DNA of 64,000 nt from an uncultured Bacteroidales bacterium (GCA_937982115.1 CALJNE010000027.1:462-64461), one strand, 5' to 3'. Shown: positions 9,121 to 20,064, counted from the stretch's first letter. Notes: generated by a model from the letters alone, not told the origin. Program-made: numbers and translations.

Positions 9121-10242
9121 TTATTTAACTTGAGGCATTTGATTTTTGAAAATCGGGAGTTTTACAACTTTAGCTTTGAGCTTTTTATCACGAATTCCGA
9201 TAAAGATTTCAGTACCTTCGGCCCAGAAGCCTTTGTTAAGATATGCCATTCCAATACCAACTTTCATCATTGGTGACATAGTGCCTGATGTAACTTCTCC
9301 AATTTCATTACCTTGAGCATCGTAAACTTTATAATGTTGACGAGGAATACCTCTGTCAATCATTTCAAAACCTTTCAGCATTTTTGACACACCTTCTTTT
9401 TTGAGCTTTTCGTGATATTCGCGATTAATGAAATTATTTCCGTCAACAAATTTTGTTATCCAACCAAGTCCGGCTTCAATTGGAGAAGTATGATCGTTGA
9501 TGTCGTTTCCGTAGAGGCAAAAGCCCATTTCGAGACGAAGAGTATCTCTTGCTCCCAATCCAACATTTTTCATTCCGAATTCTTGCCCTGCTTCCCAAAC
9601 TGCTTTATATATTTTTTCAGCATCCTTAACATCACAATAAATTTCGCAACCTCCTGCTCCGGTATAACCAGTGGTAGAAAATATTACATTATCAATACCT
9701 GCAAAATTAATAATTTTGCAAGTGTAATATTCCATATCAATAACGTTTTCGGAGGTGAGTTTTTGCATTGCTTTAAGTGCATAAGGACCTTGTACTGCAA
9801 GTTGTGCAATATTATCAGAAATATTTTTGATATCTTTTCCGATTTCGAGTCCCATTTCTTTAGCAAAACCTGTGCACCAGTTCCAGTCTTTTTCAATGTT
9901 TGCAGCATTTACAACCAGCAAATAAGTTTCGCTGTTAAATCTGTAAACCAACAAATCATCCACTATACCGCCGATTTCGTTAGGAAAACAAGAGTATTGT
10001 ACTTTTCCGTCATACAAATCGGCTAGGTTGTTTGAAGTAATTTTTTGAATAAAATCAAAAGCCTTTGGACCTGTTACCCAAAATTCTCCCATGTGTGATA
10101 CATCAAAAAGTCCAATTTTTTCACGGCAAGTAATATGTTCATCATTAATACCTGTAAATTCAATTGGCATGTTGTATCCGGCAAATTCTGCCATGCGTGC
10201 TCCATTGACAATGTGAAACTGAGTAAATGGTGTAGTTTTCAT
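9121..10242 (-). CDS. gcvT: glycine cleavage system T protein (aminomethyltransferase)
   Basis: MKTTPFTQFHIVNGARMAEFAGYNMP..., DVSHMGEF and GARDTLRLE are present. I moved the start to the internal Met, which matches the family N-terminus. Confidence 0.9.
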   Translation of the reverse strand: MKTTPFTQFHIVNGARMAEFAGYNMPIEFTGINDEHITCREKIGLFDVSHMGEFWVTGPKAFDFIQKITSNNLADLYDGKVQYSCFPNEIGGIVDDLLVYRFNSETYLLVVNAANIEKDWNWCTGFAKEMGLEIGKDIKNISDNIAQLAVQGPYALKAMQKLTSENVIDMEYYTCKIINFAGIDNVIFSTTGYTGAGGCEIYCDVKDAEKIYKAVWEAGQEFGMKNVGLGARDTLRLEMGFCLYGNDINDHTSPIEAGLGWITKFVDGNNFINREYHEKLKKEGVSKMLKGFEMIDRGIPRQHYKVYDAQGNEIGEVTSGTMSPMMKVGIGMAYLNKGFWAEGTEIFIGIRDKKLKAKVVKLPIFKNQMPQVK

Positions 10243-10374
10243 TTTAGAAAAAATTATAAATTGATAAATCCGTTTACTGAAAAATCGCAAACAAAAATAA
10301 AATTTTTAATCAAAATAAAAAATGTAAAAAATCTTGTTATAATTTTTTTATAAAAGTTTATAAAAAAGAAATTT

Positions 10375-10839
10375 TTATTCAGTACTGATGCACCCGGTAT
10401 CAATATTAAATTTATGAATGTAAAAGCGTTCGAGTTTTTTACCGAATAATTTAGGATATTCTTCAACTTTTATTTCGAGTTCCCATTCCGAAGCAGTAGA
10501 ATATGGATTTGAACAATAATTCACGACTAAGTCTTTTGTGAACTTTATTTGAAAATCTTTTTGATTTAAAATTCCTGTTATGATTACAGAATCGGCATTC
10601 TTACCCAATTCTACAGGAGGCGAAATCCAAAAGTCTGTTGATGTTTCATATATTTTAACATACCCTCCCGGTGCCGCTTTGAATGTTCGAGGAGTGATAC
10701 TCTGGCGGTAATAACGATATACCGTAAGGCTGTCGTTTGTGTTATTTTTAAAAGCAAGAGCATGATTTTCGTATTCATCATTGCATGATGCCAGACAGAC
10801 CAAAATTAAAATCAAAGGATAAAGAATTTTTTTACTCAT
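10375..10839 (-). CDS. hypothetical lipoprotein
   Basis: Signal peptide plus lipobox (LVCLASC). I recognised no family. Confidence 0.5.
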   Translation of the reverse strand: MSKKILYPLILILVCLASCNDEYENHALAFKNNTNDSLTVYRYYRQSITPRTFKAAPGGYVKIYETSTDFWISPPVELGKNADSVIITGILNQKDFQIKFTKDLVVNYCSNPYSTASEWELEIKVEEYPKLFGKKLERFYIHKFNIDTGCISTE

Positions 10840-12082
10840 AAATCAAATATTTTTTTCTGATTTGTTTAAAATTTTCAATGTCTTGTTTCCAAGTTTCACG
10901 AATTTCTTTTTCGCTTAACCCCGAAGTTATCTGCTTTCTAAACTCTGAATTTCCTGCCAATAATTCAAGGGAATTAGTCTTTTTAAAAAAATTGTCGTTA
11001 TCGGGAAAAAGATTATATGCCTTAATAATTACATCAAGATTTATCTGCCCCTTTTTAATGTCAAAAATTGAATTATTTTTTGAAAGATCAAAACCATAGC
11101 ATAGTTTTCCGTTTAAAACAGGATCTTTAGCTCCTTCTGTAGGTTTTGGAGTAAAAGTAAAATCCGCTCCTTCCACATCCTTATACAGTGGGTGACCAAA
11201 AATCTGAAATTGTTTGTCGGTACCTCGACCAACACTTAGAACTGTAGCTTCGAAAATACACAAGGTGGGATATAATTCAATTGAGCGATCGTTTGGTAAA
11301 TTCGGTGAAGGTTTAACCGGAAGTGAATAATGTTTGTTGTGATTATAATTTTTGCATGGAATAACAGTAAGCTTGCAATTAATTCCACCTTTGAGCCATT
11401 TTTCACCATTAATCATTTTTGCATATTCGCCAATTGTCATTCCATACACAATCGGAACAGGATGCATACCGATAAAAGATCTGTATTTTGAAGTATCCAG
11501 CACAGGGCCGTCAATGTAATAGGCATTTGGATTGGGACGATCAAGAACTATTACCGGAATGTCTTGTTCTGCACAGGCTTCCATTACGTAATGCAATGTT
11601 GAAATATAGGTATAGAATCGTGCTCCCACATCCTGAAGGTCGAAAACAACAATATCAACATTGTTCAATTGTTCGGGTGTAGGTTTTTTGTTTTTGCCAT
11701 AAAGTGAAACTATTGGTAACCCGGTTTTTTCATCAACTTCGTCGGAAATTTTAGCTCCTGCATCAACGGTACCTCTGAAACCATGTTCAGGACAAAATAC
11801 TTTTACTAGGTTAAATTCTCGGGAAAGAAGAGTGTCAACAAGATGAACAGAATTAATAATCCCCGTATGATTAGATACAACCGCAATTTTTTTACCGGTT
11901 AGCAAATTGAAATATTTATCTGTTTGATAAATTCCTGGATATATTAGAGTGTCAACTTTGGAAATGGATTCCGCTTTTTTTTCTTTTGTAGTATTATCAT
12001 TTATTGTAGAATTACGTCCGGAACATGAAAGTATTTCGGAACTTAACAATACCACGATTATTGCTATTCCAAATATTCGCAT
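10832..12082 (-). CDS. DUF1343 family protein (NamZ-like exo-beta-N-acetylmuramidase)
   Basis: The layout GKKIAVVSNHTGII..., PEHGFRG and VFDLQDVGARFYTYISTL is typical of DUF1343. I moved the start to MRIFGIAIIV (a signal peptide). Confidence 0.7.
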   Translation of the reverse strand: MRIFGIAIIVVLLSSEILSCSGRNSTINDNTTKEKKAESISKVDTLIYPGIYQTDKYFNLLTGKKIAVVSNHTGIINSVHLVDTLLSREFNLVKVFCPEHGFRGTVDAGAKISDEVDEKTGLPIVSLYGKNKKPTPEQLNNVDIVVFDLQDVGARFYTYISTLHYVMEACAEQDIPVIVLDRPNPNAYYIDGPVLDTSKYRSFIGMHPVPIVYGMTIGEYAKMINGEKWLKGGINCKLTVIPCKNYNHNKHYSLPVKPSPNLPNDRSIELYPTLCIFEATVLSVGRGTDKQFQIFGHPLYKDVEGADFTFTPKPTEGAKDPVLNGKLCYGFDLSKNNSIFDIKKGQINLDVIIKAYNLFPDNDNFFKKTNSLELLAGNSEFRKQITSGLSEKEIRETWKQDIENFKQIRKKYLIYE

Positions 12083-12241
12083 ACTTTTTTTATGGTAAAA
12101 ATAATTCAAATAAAAATCTCTATTTATTTTCTCACCAAAAAATAAAAACAAAGTTTTGTTAATAAATCCCCATAACGCATTAGAAAATAGAATTTACATT
12201 CTGACAGGCAAAGTTTCAAATTCTCAAAATGGGATAAGGTA

Positions 12242-13006
12242 CTATATTTTGCCGGTAATTTTATAAACTGCTAAGCCGCCAATTTCTCTGAAAAGAATAG
12301 CCCAGTATGATAAAATTTCGGCTTTTGGAACAAAAAGGTCAATGTTCCACCTTCTTTTGCCAGCATATCTATCGGTTACATAAACATCGAACGAATAACC
12401 TTGTTTTTTAAAGCAAGCAATAGTTCTTCGCATGTGAAAAGCCGATGTTATTAATAAAAATTTATATCCTTTGTCGGGAGGTAAAATATTTACAGATTCT
12501 CTGGCATTCTCGAAAGTGTTTCTGGAATTTGATTCAATAAGAATATCTTCTTCCGGAATACCTATTTTCATTAAGTAATCTTTTAAAATGATTGCTTCCT
12601 TATCTTTTTGATTAAAAATTTCACCCGAACCGCCAGTAATAAATATTTTTTTTACTCTGCCTTCATGATATAAATCAAGAGTTTGTAAGAGACGATCTGC
12701 AGAACGCTGAAAATTAATTCTGTCGTAATAATCATCATAAGTCAACATTCCGGATAAAAGAATAGCATAATCATAATTTTCGCGGAGTTCTTCTTTTTTA
12801 ACGGCATCAACTTCATAAGCCCGCATGGCTTCGTATAGTAGAAAAGGATTTGTAAAGAATATTAACATAGCAAAGGCCGTAATCATCATTTTTTTTGCCG
12901 ATTTAGGCTTCTTTTTGTGTATAATCACTGCCGGAATCAATAAAACTAAAATCCAGGTTAATGGTGAAAAAAGAAATTGAAATACCTTTGATAGTATAAA
13001 AAACAT
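12242..13006 (-). CDS. YdcF/ElyC/SanA (DUF218) family protein
   Basis: N-terminal TM helices, then IFITGGSG and the SAFHMRRT motif typical of DUF218. Confidence 0.7.
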   Translation of the reverse strand: MFFILSKVFQFLFSPLTWILVLLIPAVIIHKKKPKSAKKMMITAFAMLIFFTNPFLLYEAMRAYEVDAVKKEELRENYDYAILLSGMLTYDDYYDRINFQRSADRLLQTLDLYHEGRVKKIFITGGSGEIFNQKDKEAIILKDYLMKIGIPEEDILIESNSRNTFENARESVNILPPDKGYKFLLITSAFHMRRTIACFKKQGYSFDVYVTDRYAGKRRWNIDLFVPKAEILSYWAILFREIGGLAVYKITGKI

Positions 13007-13111
13007 AATTTGTTTAATTTGCTATAAAAATCATTAAATAAATTTGAGAAATTAAAATTAATATTTTAATTTGGACAAAATTATTATGAATAAACCATAA
13101 AACAAAAATAT

Positions 13112-14623
13112 ATGACAAAAAAAGATTGTTCTTTGAGTCCAAACTTGTTGGAAAGATATTTTAAAAAGCCTTCGAGCGAATTTACCAAAAATGATATTAT
13201 AGAATTTATCATTGCTAACTCCATAGAAATGGTAAATTTCAGGTATGTTGCTGATGACGGGCGATTGAAAACATTAAACTTTATAATCAACAGTTATGAT
13301 CATCTGGATCAGATATTAACAACAGGTGAACGCGTTGATGGATCAAGTTTATTCAAATTTATCGAAGCCGGATCAAGTGATTTATACGTTGTTCCGCGTT
13401 ACAGTACAGCTTTTGTTAATCCTTTTGAGTCAATCCCAAGTCTGGATATTTTATGTTCATACTACAACAATGAAGGAAAACCTTTAGAATCTTCGCCTCA
13501 ATACATTCTACGCAAAGCAAAAGAGCATTTCGAAAAAAATACCGGACTTAAATTTAAAGCTCTTGGAGAACTCGAGTATTACATTATCAGCGAGAAAGAT
13601 CAGGAAAATCTTTTCCCTGCAGTTGACCAAAAAGGCTACCATGCTTCCGATCCTTTTGCAAAATTTGAATTTATACGTAAAGAAGCTATGCGTCTGATTG
13701 CTCAATGTGGCGGAAAAATAAAATACGGACACAGCGAAGTTGGAAATTTTACCGACGACAAATACTATTACGAACAACAAGAAATCGAATTTTTACCATG
13801 CGACGTAGAAAGGGCTGCAGATGAATTGGTTATAGCTAAATGGATTTTACGAAAATTATGCAATGAATACGGAGTAAGAATAAGTTTTGCTCCAAAAATT
13901 ACTGTAGGTAAAGCCGGAAGTGGGTTACACGTACACATGCTGCTCGAAAAGAACGGCAAAAACATGATGGTAGAAAACGGCAAATTAAGCGACACTGCCA
14001 AAAAGATGATCGCTGGACTGCTGGAATCTGCAGATGCTCTTACTGCTTTCGGCAATACTATCCCAACATCATATTTGCGTCTTGTACCTCATCAGGAAGC
14101 TCCTACAAATATTTGCTGGGGCGACAGAAACCGAAGCGTGCTTATAAGAGTTCCTCTCGGTTGGTCAACAGGTGTTGATATGATTTACGATGCTAATCCA
14201 CAAGAAAGATCAAAACTCGAAATTTCGGAAAGTAAACAAACTATAGAAATTCGCAGTGCTGATGGTTCTGCAGACATTTATCTATTTATGGCAGGTTTGA
14301 TAGTAGCCACAGAATTAGGCTTAAATATGCCCGACGCTCTGGAAAAAGCCGAAAATTTATATGTTGGAGTAAATATTTTCAAAGACGAAAACAAAGAAAT
14401 TCTTAATCGTCTGAAATCACTCCCATATTCTTGTTACGAATCCGCTCTTGCTCTCGAAAATAAAAGACATATTTTCGAAAACAACGACATTTTTCCTGCA
14501 GGCTTGATTGACAGTATAATTGCAAAACTGAAAGTTTATAACGACGATAAATTAAGTGAAAAACTTTATGGAAAACACGACGAAATTTATAAACTCGTAA
14601 TGCAATATCTGCATTGTATGTAA
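13112..14623 (+). CDS. glnA: glutamine synthetase family protein (type-I-like, 503 aa)
   Basis: A beta-grasp N-terminal domain, then catalytic-domain blocks KYGHSEVG, GSGLHVHM and NICWGDRNRSVLIRVP. Confidence 0.75.
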   Translation: MTKKDCSLSPNLLERYFKKPSSEFTKNDIIEFIIANSIEMVNFRYVADDGRLKTLNFIINSYDHLDQILTTGERVDGSSLFKFIEAGSSDLYVVPRYSTAFVNPFESIPSLDILCSYYNNEGKPLESSPQYILRKAKEHFEKNTGLKFKALGELEYYIISEKDQENLFPAVDQKGYHASDPFAKFEFIRKEAMRLIAQCGGKIKYGHSEVGNFTDDKYYYEQQEIEFLPCDVERAADELVIAKWILRKLCNEYGVRISFAPKITVGKAGSGLHVHMLLEKNGKNMMVENGKLSDTAKKMIAGLLESADALTAFGNTIPTSYLRLVPHQEAPTNICWGDRNRSVLIRVPLGWSTGVDMIYDANPQERSKLEISESKQTIEIRSADGSADIYLFMAGLIVATELGLNMPDALEKAENLYVGVNIFKDENKEILNRLKSLPYSCYESALALENKRHIFENNDIFPAGLIDSIIAKLKVYNDDKLSEKLYGKHDEIYKLVMQYLHCM

Positions 14624-14629
14624 AAAAAA

Positions 14630-14662
14630 GGCTGCCTCAGAATTAAGGCGGCCTTTTTTTTT
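14630..14662 (+). terminator. rho-independent terminator of the glutamine synthetase gene
   Basis: GGCTGCCtcagaattaaGGCGGCCttttttttt: a 7-bp stem (one G-U pair) followed by a T9 run. Confidence 0.8.
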
Positions 14663-14666
14663 AATA

Positions 14667-14720
14667 TTAATTTTTCAATCGTATGGAACGACGGTGATGT
14701 TTTTTGGGATTGTATTTCAT
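14667..14720 (-). pseudogene. 17-codon 5' stub of a RayT/IS200-like (COG1943) tyrosine transposase
   Basis: My own translation gives MKYNPKKHHRRSIRLKN-stop. From memory, N-termini of this family read MKYNP..HHRRSIRLKGYDY. The rest of the gene is absent, and the stub abuts the glnA terminator. Confidence 0.4.
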
Positions 14721-15104
14721 TTTTTTCACCGGTTATATTATTCTTCAATTATCTCAATTTCTTCCTCTGTCGAAACATAATTCAGTCGTTTATCTCCTGA
14801 ACTTGATGGTAACTTGTTTATTCCCCCTTCTTTATTTCGCATTATTTCTATTTATTTATAAATAATTGCTACAAAGCAGCATTTTATTCTGCGTACGAAT
14901 GTATAAAAAAATCACAAATCATCAAATGATGAACAAATTTTCCACAAGCTTTTTTAGAAATTGCAACTACCAATCGTTGAACAATTGATATTTAAAAAAG
15001 ATTAAAATAAAGGTCTAACATCCGGCGTTTCGAGAACACCTCAAGTCCCGAATAGTTGTGTGCCATATTTTAGGACATGACACAACAAAAAACATCAGCT
15101 TTTT

Positions 15105-16760
15105 CTATTTAGAATTTCTTGCTTTTTGATTTTTAATTTCGATTTTTAGTCTTTTCCCTGAGTATCTTTTATTATGGAAAGCCTTTATAACAGCATCGGT
15201 GTAATCGGAGTCTATTTCAAAAAATGTATATCCCGGCAGAATTTCAATTTTTCCGATTTCAACACCTGCAAGATTATCATTAGCGTTTATCAATTCCATA
15301 AGTTTCTTTTTGCTTAAACCGTCCTTTTCGCCAAGTGTTAAAAAGAATTTTGTAAATTCAATTCCGTTACGGTTTCTTTTCTTGTTTTCTTTATTAAATC
15401 TGTCAGGTTTATTTTCTTCCCTAAGTTTAACATTCAAATCAGGAGCATTTTTATAATAAGTTAGAAATCTATTAAACTCAACAGATACAAAGCGTTTAAT
15501 CAATTCTTCTCTATCTAAACCTTCAAGACGATCGAAAATTAATCCTAAAAAATCTTCTATTTGATTATCTATGGTTTTTGTTTTTTTAATTTTATCAATA
15601 ATGCTCAACAATTGAACCTTACAAACTTCGTTACCGCTTGGCACAGGTTTTTGTTTTATTGGCAACTTAAGCTGTTTTTCTATTTCGCGAATTTTATGTA
15701 ATTCTTTGGTATGAACAATTGAAATGCACTCTCCTTTTTTACCGGCTCTTCCCGTACGACCGCTTCTATGGATATAAACTTCGTTTTCGTCGGGCAAATT
15801 GTAATTAATAATGTGTGATAAATTGTTTACATCGAGACCTCTTGCAGCAACATCAGTAGCAACAAGCAATTGAAGATGAGCATTTCTGAATTTTTGCATC
15901 ACATGATCGCGTTGAGCTTGTGATAAATCACCGTGTAAAGCATCCGCATCATAACCGTCTTCAATAAGTTTTTGAGCGACTTCCTGAGTTTCTTTTCGTG
16001 TGCGGCAAAAAACAATTCCGTAAATATCAGGATTTATGTCAACAATCCTTTTTAAAGCCAAATATCTATCTTTAGCAGCAACAACATAATAAAAATGGTC
16101 AATATTTTCAACGCCTGCATTTTTTTTCCCGACCGAAATTTCGTGAGGTTGCTTCATATACAAATTAGCTATTCGTAAAATATCATCCGGCATTGTTGCA
16201 GAAAAAAGTAAAGTTTGACGCTGTTTGGAGGTCGTTTCGAGAATCTGATCCAGATCATCCTTAAATCCCATGTTAAGCATTTCATCGGCTTCGTCGAGTA
16301 CCAACCATTTAATATCCTGCAGTTTTAAAATCTTTCTTTTGACCAAATCTAAAACTCTTCCCGGAGTTCCTACTATTATATCAGCTCCCCTGCGTATTTC
16401 CTTGATTTGATTTTCGACTGACGCTCCTCCGTAAACCGAAACGATATTTATCTGTGGTAAATACTTAGAGTAATTTAATAAATCTTTTGAAATCTGAACA
16501 CAAAGCTCACGAGTAGGACTTAAAATAATACACTGAATACCTTTATTGTTTTGGCTGCTCAAATGTTGAAGAATAGGTAATCCGAAAGCAGCAGTTTTTC
16601 CTGTTCCGGTTTGAGCTAATGCAACTAAATCCTGTTGAGAATTTAATAAAAATGGGATTACTTGTTTTTGTATTGGAGTTGGCGTTATAAAATTTATTTC
16701 CCGGATAGCTTTTATAATGTTTTCATGCAAACCAAACTCTTCAAATTCTGTTTTAATCAT
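15105..16760 (-). CDS. deaD: DEAD-box ATP-dependent RNA helicase with a C-terminal DbpA-like RNA-binding extension (DeaD/CsdA-like)
   Basis: Motifs AQTGTGKT, PTRELC, DEAD, SAT and HRSGRTGRAG are present, followed by a roughly 170 aa C-terminal extension. Confidence 0.85.
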   Translation of the reverse strand: MIKTEFEEFGLHENIIKAIREINFITPTPIQKQVIPFLLNSQQDLVALAQTGTGKTAAFGLPILQHLSSQNNKGIQCIILSPTRELCVQISKDLLNYSKYLPQINIVSVYGGASVENQIKEIRRGADIIVGTPGRVLDLVKRKILKLQDIKWLVLDEADEMLNMGFKDDLDQILETTSKQRQTLLFSATMPDDILRIANLYMKQPHEISVGKKNAGVENIDHFYYVVAAKDRYLALKRIVDINPDIYGIVFCRTRKETQEVAQKLIEDGYDADALHGDLSQAQRDHVMQKFRNAHLQLLVATDVAARGLDVNNLSHIINYNLPDENEVYIHRSGRTGRAGKKGECISIVHTKELHKIREIEKQLKLPIKQKPVPSGNEVCKVQLLSIIDKIKKTKTIDNQIEDFLGLIFDRLEGLDREELIKRFVSVEFNRFLTYYKNAPDLNVKLREENKPDRFNKENKKRNRNGIEFTKFFLTLGEKDGLSKKKLMELINANDNLAGVEIGKIEILPGYTFFEIDSDYTDAVIKAFHNKRYSGKRLKIEIKNQKARNSK

Positions 16761-17025
16761 AATAAAAATTTAGTCTGCAAAGATAGTGCTTTTATTATGA
16801 TTTTTTCAGTTTTATTTTTTAATCATAAAATATTTACATTCCGTAAATCTTTTTACTACCATTATTACATAATAATTCTTTAATGTTTATTTAATAATAA
16901 CTCTATTTTTAAAGGTTTAGGAATTTAAATTAAAAGTTAATAAATTTTATCTATGTATTAATATGTTTTAAGTATAATCATGTTATATAATTTTTTGATA
17001 TTTTTACAAGCATTATAAACTGTTT

Positions 17026-17619
17026 ATGATCAAAATATATAATATATATTTATCATTTGATGATAAAGTAATTTTTAAAAATTTTTCGGCAAAAATTTCT
17101 AAAAATGAGCATGTATGTTTCTCAGGACAATCCGGTAAAGGCAAGTCAACCCTTTTAAAAATTATTCAGGCTTATGTAATTCCACAAAATGGAGAAATAA
17201 AAATTAACGGAATAGCTCTCACTCCGGAAAATGTAAAATATCTAAGAGGATTAATGAGCTATGTCCCGCAAAATGTAAATTTACCCGTTGAAAACTTAAC
17301 TGATTTGATTAGCCTTATAGGTGCAAAAAATTATGAAAAAAATATTTTTGAGCTTCTTGAATTTTTAAAAATCAGCCATAAAGAAGCATTGAAGCCTTTT
17401 GATAAACTTTCAGGAGGCGAAAAACAAAGAATTATTATAGCCTGCTGCCTTTCTCTTAATAAACAAATAATACTAATGGATGAACCTACATCAGGACTTG
17501 ATAATGAAAGTTTAAATATAATTATTGATCTTGTAAAAAACTTAAAAAACAAAACGATAGTTTCTGTTTCACATAACCCAATTTGGTTAAAATCTTGCGA
17601 TAAAGTAATAGAGTTATGA
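17026..17619 (+). CDS. fetA: ABC transporter ATP-binding protein (FetA/YbbL-like)
   Basis: Walker A GQSGKGKST, signature LSGGEKQR and Walker B ILMDEPTSGLD are present. It overlaps the downstream permease by 4 nt. Confidence 0.7.
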   Translation: MIKIYNIYLSFDDKVIFKNFSAKISKNEHVCFSGQSGKGKSTLLKIIQAYVIPQNGEIKINGIALTPENVKYLRGLMSYVPQNVNLPVENLTDLISLIGAKNYEKNIFELLEFLKISHKEALKPFDKLSGGEKQRIIIACCLSLNKQIILMDEPTSGLDNESLNIIIDLVKNLKNKTIVSVSHNPIWLKSCDKVIEL

Positions 17620-18398
17620 ACCACGGAGCTCAGGATATATCAATAATAAGTTTAGCAATCGGATTTTTAATCTTGCTGATTCCAATCTTTATTTTAATAC
17701 ACTTTAAAATCAAAATAATTAAAGATTTGGCTATCAGTCTTTTAAGAATGACCCTCCAACTTAGCCTGGTGGGAATCTATCTTGAAGTTATTTTTAGAAT
17801 CAATAATCTGTGGATAAACTTAGTGTGGATTATTGCAATGATTTTAGTTACAGCCTGGACAAGTATAAAGCGAGTGAAATTGAATTTCAAGAAATACTTC
17901 TTTCCCATAAGTTTAGCTGTTTTAATTTCACTTTTTATAACAGATTTGTTTTTTATCGGAACAATCATCCGACCTACCTATCTTTTTGATGCTAGATATT
18001 TAATCCCTATATCCGGCATGATTCTCGGAAATTCTTTAAATCATAATATTGTAGGCATGAGTACATATCTGGATGCATTCAGAAATAAAAAAGAACTCTA
18101 TTATTTTATTTTAACAAATAGTGGAAGCCGAAAATTGGCTTTAGAGCCATTTATTCGAGAAGCAATAATTAAAGCACTCAACCCTCTTATTGCCGGAATG
18201 TCGGTAATGGGGCTAATTTCATTACCGGGAATGATGACCGGTCAGATACTTGGGGGATCATCCCCTGCCACTGCCATTAAATATCAAATTATGATAATGA
18301 TAGCTATTTTCACAGGATGTTTTTTCTCATTAATACTGAGTTTAGTATTTGCAAATAAAAGATTATTCGACAAATTTGGAAATTTATCACATAACTAA
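17616..18398 (+). CDS. fetB: ABC transporter permease, FetB/YbbM (UPF0014) family
   Basis: A 260 aa polytopic membrane protein coupled to the preceding ATPase; the GNSLN and SLPGMMTGQILGG blocks are typical of UPF0014. Confidence 0.65.
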   Translation: MNHGAQDISIISLAIGFLILLIPIFILIHFKIKIIKDLAISLLRMTLQLSLVGIYLEVIFRINNLWINLVWIIAMILVTAWTSIKRVKLNFKKYFFPISLAVLISLFITDLFFIGTIIRPTYLFDARYLIPISGMILGNSLNHNIVGMSTYLDAFRNKKELYYFILTNSGSRKLALEPFIREAIIKALNPLIAGMSVMGLISLPGMMTGQILGGSSPATAIKYQIMIMIAIFTGCFFSLILSLVFANKRLFDKFGNLSHN

Positions 18399-18509
18399 AA
18401 GAATTAATATTTAGAAATAGTGTTAGCACATTACTTGAATCAAAAAAATGCATTATATTAGACTTTTCGTAAAAAGCCTTTTCTTAGTAAAAATTTTGAA
18501 ATTATAATT

Positions 18510-19904
18510 TTACATATATCCCAAAATCTTTAACATTGACTTATAACTTTGTTCTTTTGAATATAATCTAGTATATACCTTACCGTTTTCGTCTCTGTTT
18601 ATGAGAATATGCTTAGGTGCAGGAATTAAACAGTGTTGAATACCTCCATAACCACCAATCGCTTCCTGATATGCTCCGGTGTTAAAAAATCCGATGTAAA
18701 GAGTTTCTTCAGGATCGTACTCAGGTAAGTAAATTGCATTTATATGTTGCTCACTATTGTAATAATCATCACTATCACAAGTTAGACCACCAAGAAAAAC
18801 TCTTTCATAAGGAGCTTCCCACCTATTTATAGGTAACATAATAAACCTTTTATTTATTGACCATGAGTCAGGTAAAGTAGTAATAAAAGAGGAGTCAATC
18901 ATATTCCACTTTTCTCTGTCGTTTTGCTGTTTCTGATAGACAACAGAGTAAATTGCCCCTCCACTTTCACCTACTGTAAATGAACCAAATTCAGTGTAAA
19001 TATCAGGCTCGGGAACTTTATTTGCATCACAAGCCATCTTAATTTGATTCACAATTTCTTCGGCCATGTATTCATAGTCGTAATCAAAATTCAAACTGTT
19101 CTTAATTGGAAAACCTCCGCCTATGTTTAGTGCTTCTAACTCAGGACAAACTTTCTTAAGTTCACAATAAACATTCAAACACTTATTGAGCTCATTCCAA
19201 TAATAAGCGGTATCTTTTATACCGGTATTTATAAAGAAATGCAACATTTTCAATTTCACTCTTGGATTATCCTGAATGAAGTCATAATAATACTGAACAA
19301 TATTTTTATAGCCTATACCAAGCCGGGAAGTATAAAATTCAAATTTTGGTTCTTCTTCGGAAGCAATACGAATTCCTACATTTAATTCGCCACTATAAGC
19401 CTCCAGCAATTGATCAAGTTCACCATAATTATCTAAAATCGGCAACACGTTTTTAAAGCCCTCATCCATCAATCTGGCGATATTTTCAATATATGACGGT
19501 AATTTAAACCCATTACAGACTATGTGCAAATTTTCATTCACTAGACCAATTTCTTTTAATGACCTTATAATATCTATATCAAATGATGAACTGGTCTCAA
19601 TGTGTATATCATTCTTAAGTGCCTCCTCCAGAACAAATGAAAAATGTGAGCTCTTAGTGCAGTAACATTGAACGTATTTACCTCTATAATTTGCCTTAGT
19701 TATTGCAACATTAAACCAAACTCTTGCTTTCTGGATATTCTCTGTTATCTTAGGTAAGTATGTAAATTTCAGAGGCGTTCCGTATTGTTTAATTATATCC
19801 ATTAAAGGAATATCATAATAATAAAGCTCTCCATCTTCAACATGAAATTCTTCAGTTGGAAATTCAAATGACTGTTCAATTAAATCTATGTATCTAATCT
19901 TCAT
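18510..19904 (-). CDS. type III PLP-dependent decarboxylase (Orn/DAP/Arg decarboxylase fold), probably arginine decarboxylase
   Basis: A TIM-barrel N-terminus (YGTPLKFTYLP...CYCTKS with a Lys), GGGFPI and a C-terminal beta domain with GLTCDSDD. The size (464 aa) matches short Bacteroidota arginine decarboxylases. Confidence 0.6.
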   Translation of the reverse strand: MKIRYIDLIEQSFEFPTEEFHVEDGELYYYDIPLMDIIKQYGTPLKFTYLPKITENIQKARVWFNVAITKANYRGKYVQCYCTKSSHFSFVLEEALKNDIHIETSSSFDIDIIRSLKEIGLVNENLHIVCNGFKLPSYIENIARLMDEGFKNVLPILDNYGELDQLLEAYSGELNVGIRIASEEEPKFEFYTSRLGIGYKNIVQYYYDFIQDNPRVKLKMLHFFINTGIKDTAYYWNELNKCLNVYCELKKVCPELEALNIGGGFPIKNSLNFDYDYEYMAEEIVNQIKMACDANKVPEPDIYTEFGSFTVGESGGAIYSVVYQKQQNDREKWNMIDSSFITTLPDSWSINKRFIMLPINRWEAPYERVFLGGLTCDSDDYYNSEQHINAIYLPEYDPEETLYIGFFNTGAYQEAIGGYGGIQHCLIPAPKHILINRDENGKVYTRLYSKEQSYKSMLKILGYM

Positions 19905-20064
19905 CTTACATTTAATATTTAATGTAACACAATTACTTTAAATTTTTATCTGCAAATGTAGATGATTTACTTTTATTATTTAATTTTTCATTTTAATAAA
20001 AATTATATTTTATATAAAAATAAAAAAAAACATGGCTATATATATTTTGAATTATAAAAATTGT

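Noticed and set aside
15056-15090. The hairpin GTTGTGT...ACACAAC just downstream of the DEAD-box helicase stop was considered as a possible terminator.
   Set aside because: On the helicase (minus) strand the T-run precedes rather than follows the stem, the loop is about 18 nt, and the hairpin is not in terminator configuration on either strand.
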